Below, in pieces: positions 62,365-64,000 of a DNA stretch of 64,000 nucleotides. Under the pieces are notes generated by a model. It made no database searches and was not told the origin of the DNA. It worked only from the letters and a program-made list of their open reading frames with translations. The position numbers and the translations under genes were made by a program. How positions within the stretch are numbered: position 1 is the stretch's first letter; the number at the start of each line of letters is the position of its first letter. This DNA is from Candidatus Sericytochromatia bacterium (GTDB lineage: Bacteria; Cyanobacteriota; Sericytochromatia; S15B-MN24; JAQBPE01), in assembly GCA_040400605.1 (NCBI GenBank), contig JBBAPZ010000003.1, forward strand, positions 94,507 to 158,506, given 5' to 3'.

Positions 62365-63936
62365 ATGCCGCCATCCAGCGCCAATCCAATCGAATCGCTC
62401 ATCGCGCAGCACTTTGCGCACCGCTACGAGTGCTGGAATCCAGATGCGTATCTCGATACGCTGACACCGGATGCCTATGTCGTCTGTAGTGGACGAGTTG
62501 CACGGGTATCGGAAAGCACATCGGAAACATTGCGTTCCGAATGGTCCAAACTGCCATCATCACAGGATCCAAACTTTTTGTCACCCAGTCTGGAAAATTG
62601 GTTTCCAGACGACGACAATCGCGGAGTGGCCTGGGTGCGTGTCAACGAAAAAAGCACCCAAAAATCCCATCGTCTCGCACTGGGCTTGATTCGCGTGAAT
62701 ACGACGTGGCGCGTGCATTGGGCAACGGCCCAATGCCTTGAAACACCGGATTGGGCGAAGCAGGAATTGGCGGCACTTGCGGACATGGTCAGTCTCCACG
62801 CCTTGAAGTATCCCGGCGCGCATTACGTCTCATTGCTGGAGTTGGGTTACGGTCGGATGTACCACTTACCGACCCAGCGTCTCCTGGCCTTGCCAGAAAG
62901 CCGCTTCAGTTGTGCAGGAACGGGCGCCTGCTGCAGCCACGAGCTCACGATTGGCCTTGATGATGCATCTCAAACCTTCGTTCAGGCTATTGATTGGGCA
63001 AGGTTGGATCAGCGCCTGGCTGGCAAGGAATGGGTGGAGACACTGCCTGCGATTGCACAGAAGCTTGCCGGGTTCCGCCACCGTCTCAAGCGTGATCCAC
63101 AAGGGCGCTGCCATTTTTTGACGAGCGACAACCGCTGCTTGATTCACGCCCTGGCTGGCCGTGCCGTATTCAAACCCTGCCATGTTTTTCCTTACCGCTT
63201 TGCCTGGACGCCTGACGGGATCTGTGTGACCACCCACGCGATGTGTCCCACCGCACGACGCTGTCAAGGACTGCCCCTTGCAGCCCAGGAAAAGGACCTG
63301 CGCGAACGACTCGCGGTCGCAGACGTCTTGCACGCCGATAGGTACTACCTCGGTGTCGGGCAAGAAATCGACTGGATGACCTTCAAGACCATCGAAGGAC
63401 AATTGCTCGACATTTTGGGCGGGCCAGAAACAATGAGGCGCAAACTGTGGGTTGCCATGCGGTGGCTGAACCGGCGCCTGAGCGACCCCGATGCGATGAT
63501 TGGCGCGCATTGGTACGAGGAGGCCATCCAGCGGCACCCTTGGTGGGTTCGACTGGCTTTTTCGCGTTTTGGACGCATGTTTGACCCGTGTTTCAACGAC
63601 CTGGCCGGTTATTCACAAGGAACCCAACGACTGGCGGATTTTGAGTCCGAACTCACGGACGTCTGGCGTGCTTTGCTGTTCAGTAAAGCGACCACCTACC
63701 CTTACGGGCTGATCGCAGGTCTCAATTATCTGATTTTGACGTATCAGGTGCTGGAACGACAGGTGGCGCGGCACGCCAAGCGTGGTATTTCTGAGGCTTT
63801 TTGGCGGGAGTTTTATGCGGTTGTAACCAGTGGCACCTATCCGCGTATTTTGACCACGTGTCATCGCAACCCGGCCACCCAGTTGGCCCGTTTTGCGTCG
63901 GACCCTACCTGGGGTTTGACACTTCTGCGACTTTGA
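62365..63936 (+). CDS. NTF2/SnoaL-like domain fused to a YkgJ/FliB-like Cys-cluster domain
   Basis: FSCAGTGACC, GRCHFL..RCLIH, KPCHVFPYRF, MCP. Confidence 0.7.
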   Translation: MPPSSANPIESLIAQHFAHRYECWNPDAYLDTLTPDAYVVCSGRVARVSESTSETLRSEWSKLPSSQDPNFLSPSLENWFPDDDNRGVAWVRVNEKSTQKSHRLALGLIRVNTTWRVHWATAQCLETPDWAKQELAALADMVSLHALKYPGAHYVSLLELGYGRMYHLPTQRLLALPESRFSCAGTGACCSHELTIGLDDASQTFVQAIDWARLDQRLAGKEWVETLPAIAQKLAGFRHRLKRDPQGRCHFLTSDNRCLIHALAGRAVFKPCHVFPYRFAWTPDGICVTTHAMCPTARRCQGLPLAAQEKDLRERLAVADVLHADRYYLGVGQEIDWMTFKTIEGQLLDILGGPETMRRKLWVAMRWLNRRLSDPDAMIGAHWYEEAIQRHPWWVRLAFSRFGRMFDPCFNDLAGYSQGTQRLADFESELTDVWRALLFSKATTYPYGLIAGLNYLILTYQVLERQVARHAKRGISEAFWREFYAVVTSGTYPRILTTCHRNPATQLARFASDPTWGLTLLRL

Positions 63937-64000
63937 TGTGATGGATGTGTGTGATGAATCATCTCAAGCATTCACCTGACGGGGTGCACGATGTCATTGT

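Overview
This is a gene-dense bacterial chromosome window of roughly 57-58% GC (estimated by eye). The core genes are rpsB-tsf-pyrH-frr-(orf)-cdsA, aspS, thrS, fmt-rsmB-rlmN-rsgA, ettA, a class A PBP, a purine nucleoside phosphorylase, YqeG, TcdA, a cyclophilin, SuhB and a P-type ATPase. An imuA-imuB-dnaE2 mutagenesis cassette is preceded by a perfect GAAC-N4-GTTC SOS box. There are two large signalling proteins (MalT-like NTPase-TPR-BTAD, and Ser/Thr kinase-AAA-TPR-GAF-degenerate GGDEF) and many unassigned lipoproteins or accessory proteins (clostripain, M48 peptidase, pentapeptide repeat, EF-hand-like, IAQGGGN-repeat). The cyanobacterial-type RsgA tail, abundant HIP1 and IAQGGGN repeats suggest a Cyanobacteriota relative such as Sericytochromatia; this is inference only. 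I saw no rRNA, tRNA, CRISPR array, transposase or integrase. The main unexplained signals are: (1) a degenerate ~170-nt repeat family in most long intergenic spacers, about 10 copies, including tandem and inverted arrangements; (2) at least 37 copies of the HIP1 octamer GCGATCGC; (3) a 36-nt piece of imuB copied into the 3' end of an unrelated gene 9 kb away; (4) a frameshift inside an EF-hand-like gene; (5) kilobase-scale switches in strand composition that do not follow gene orientation.
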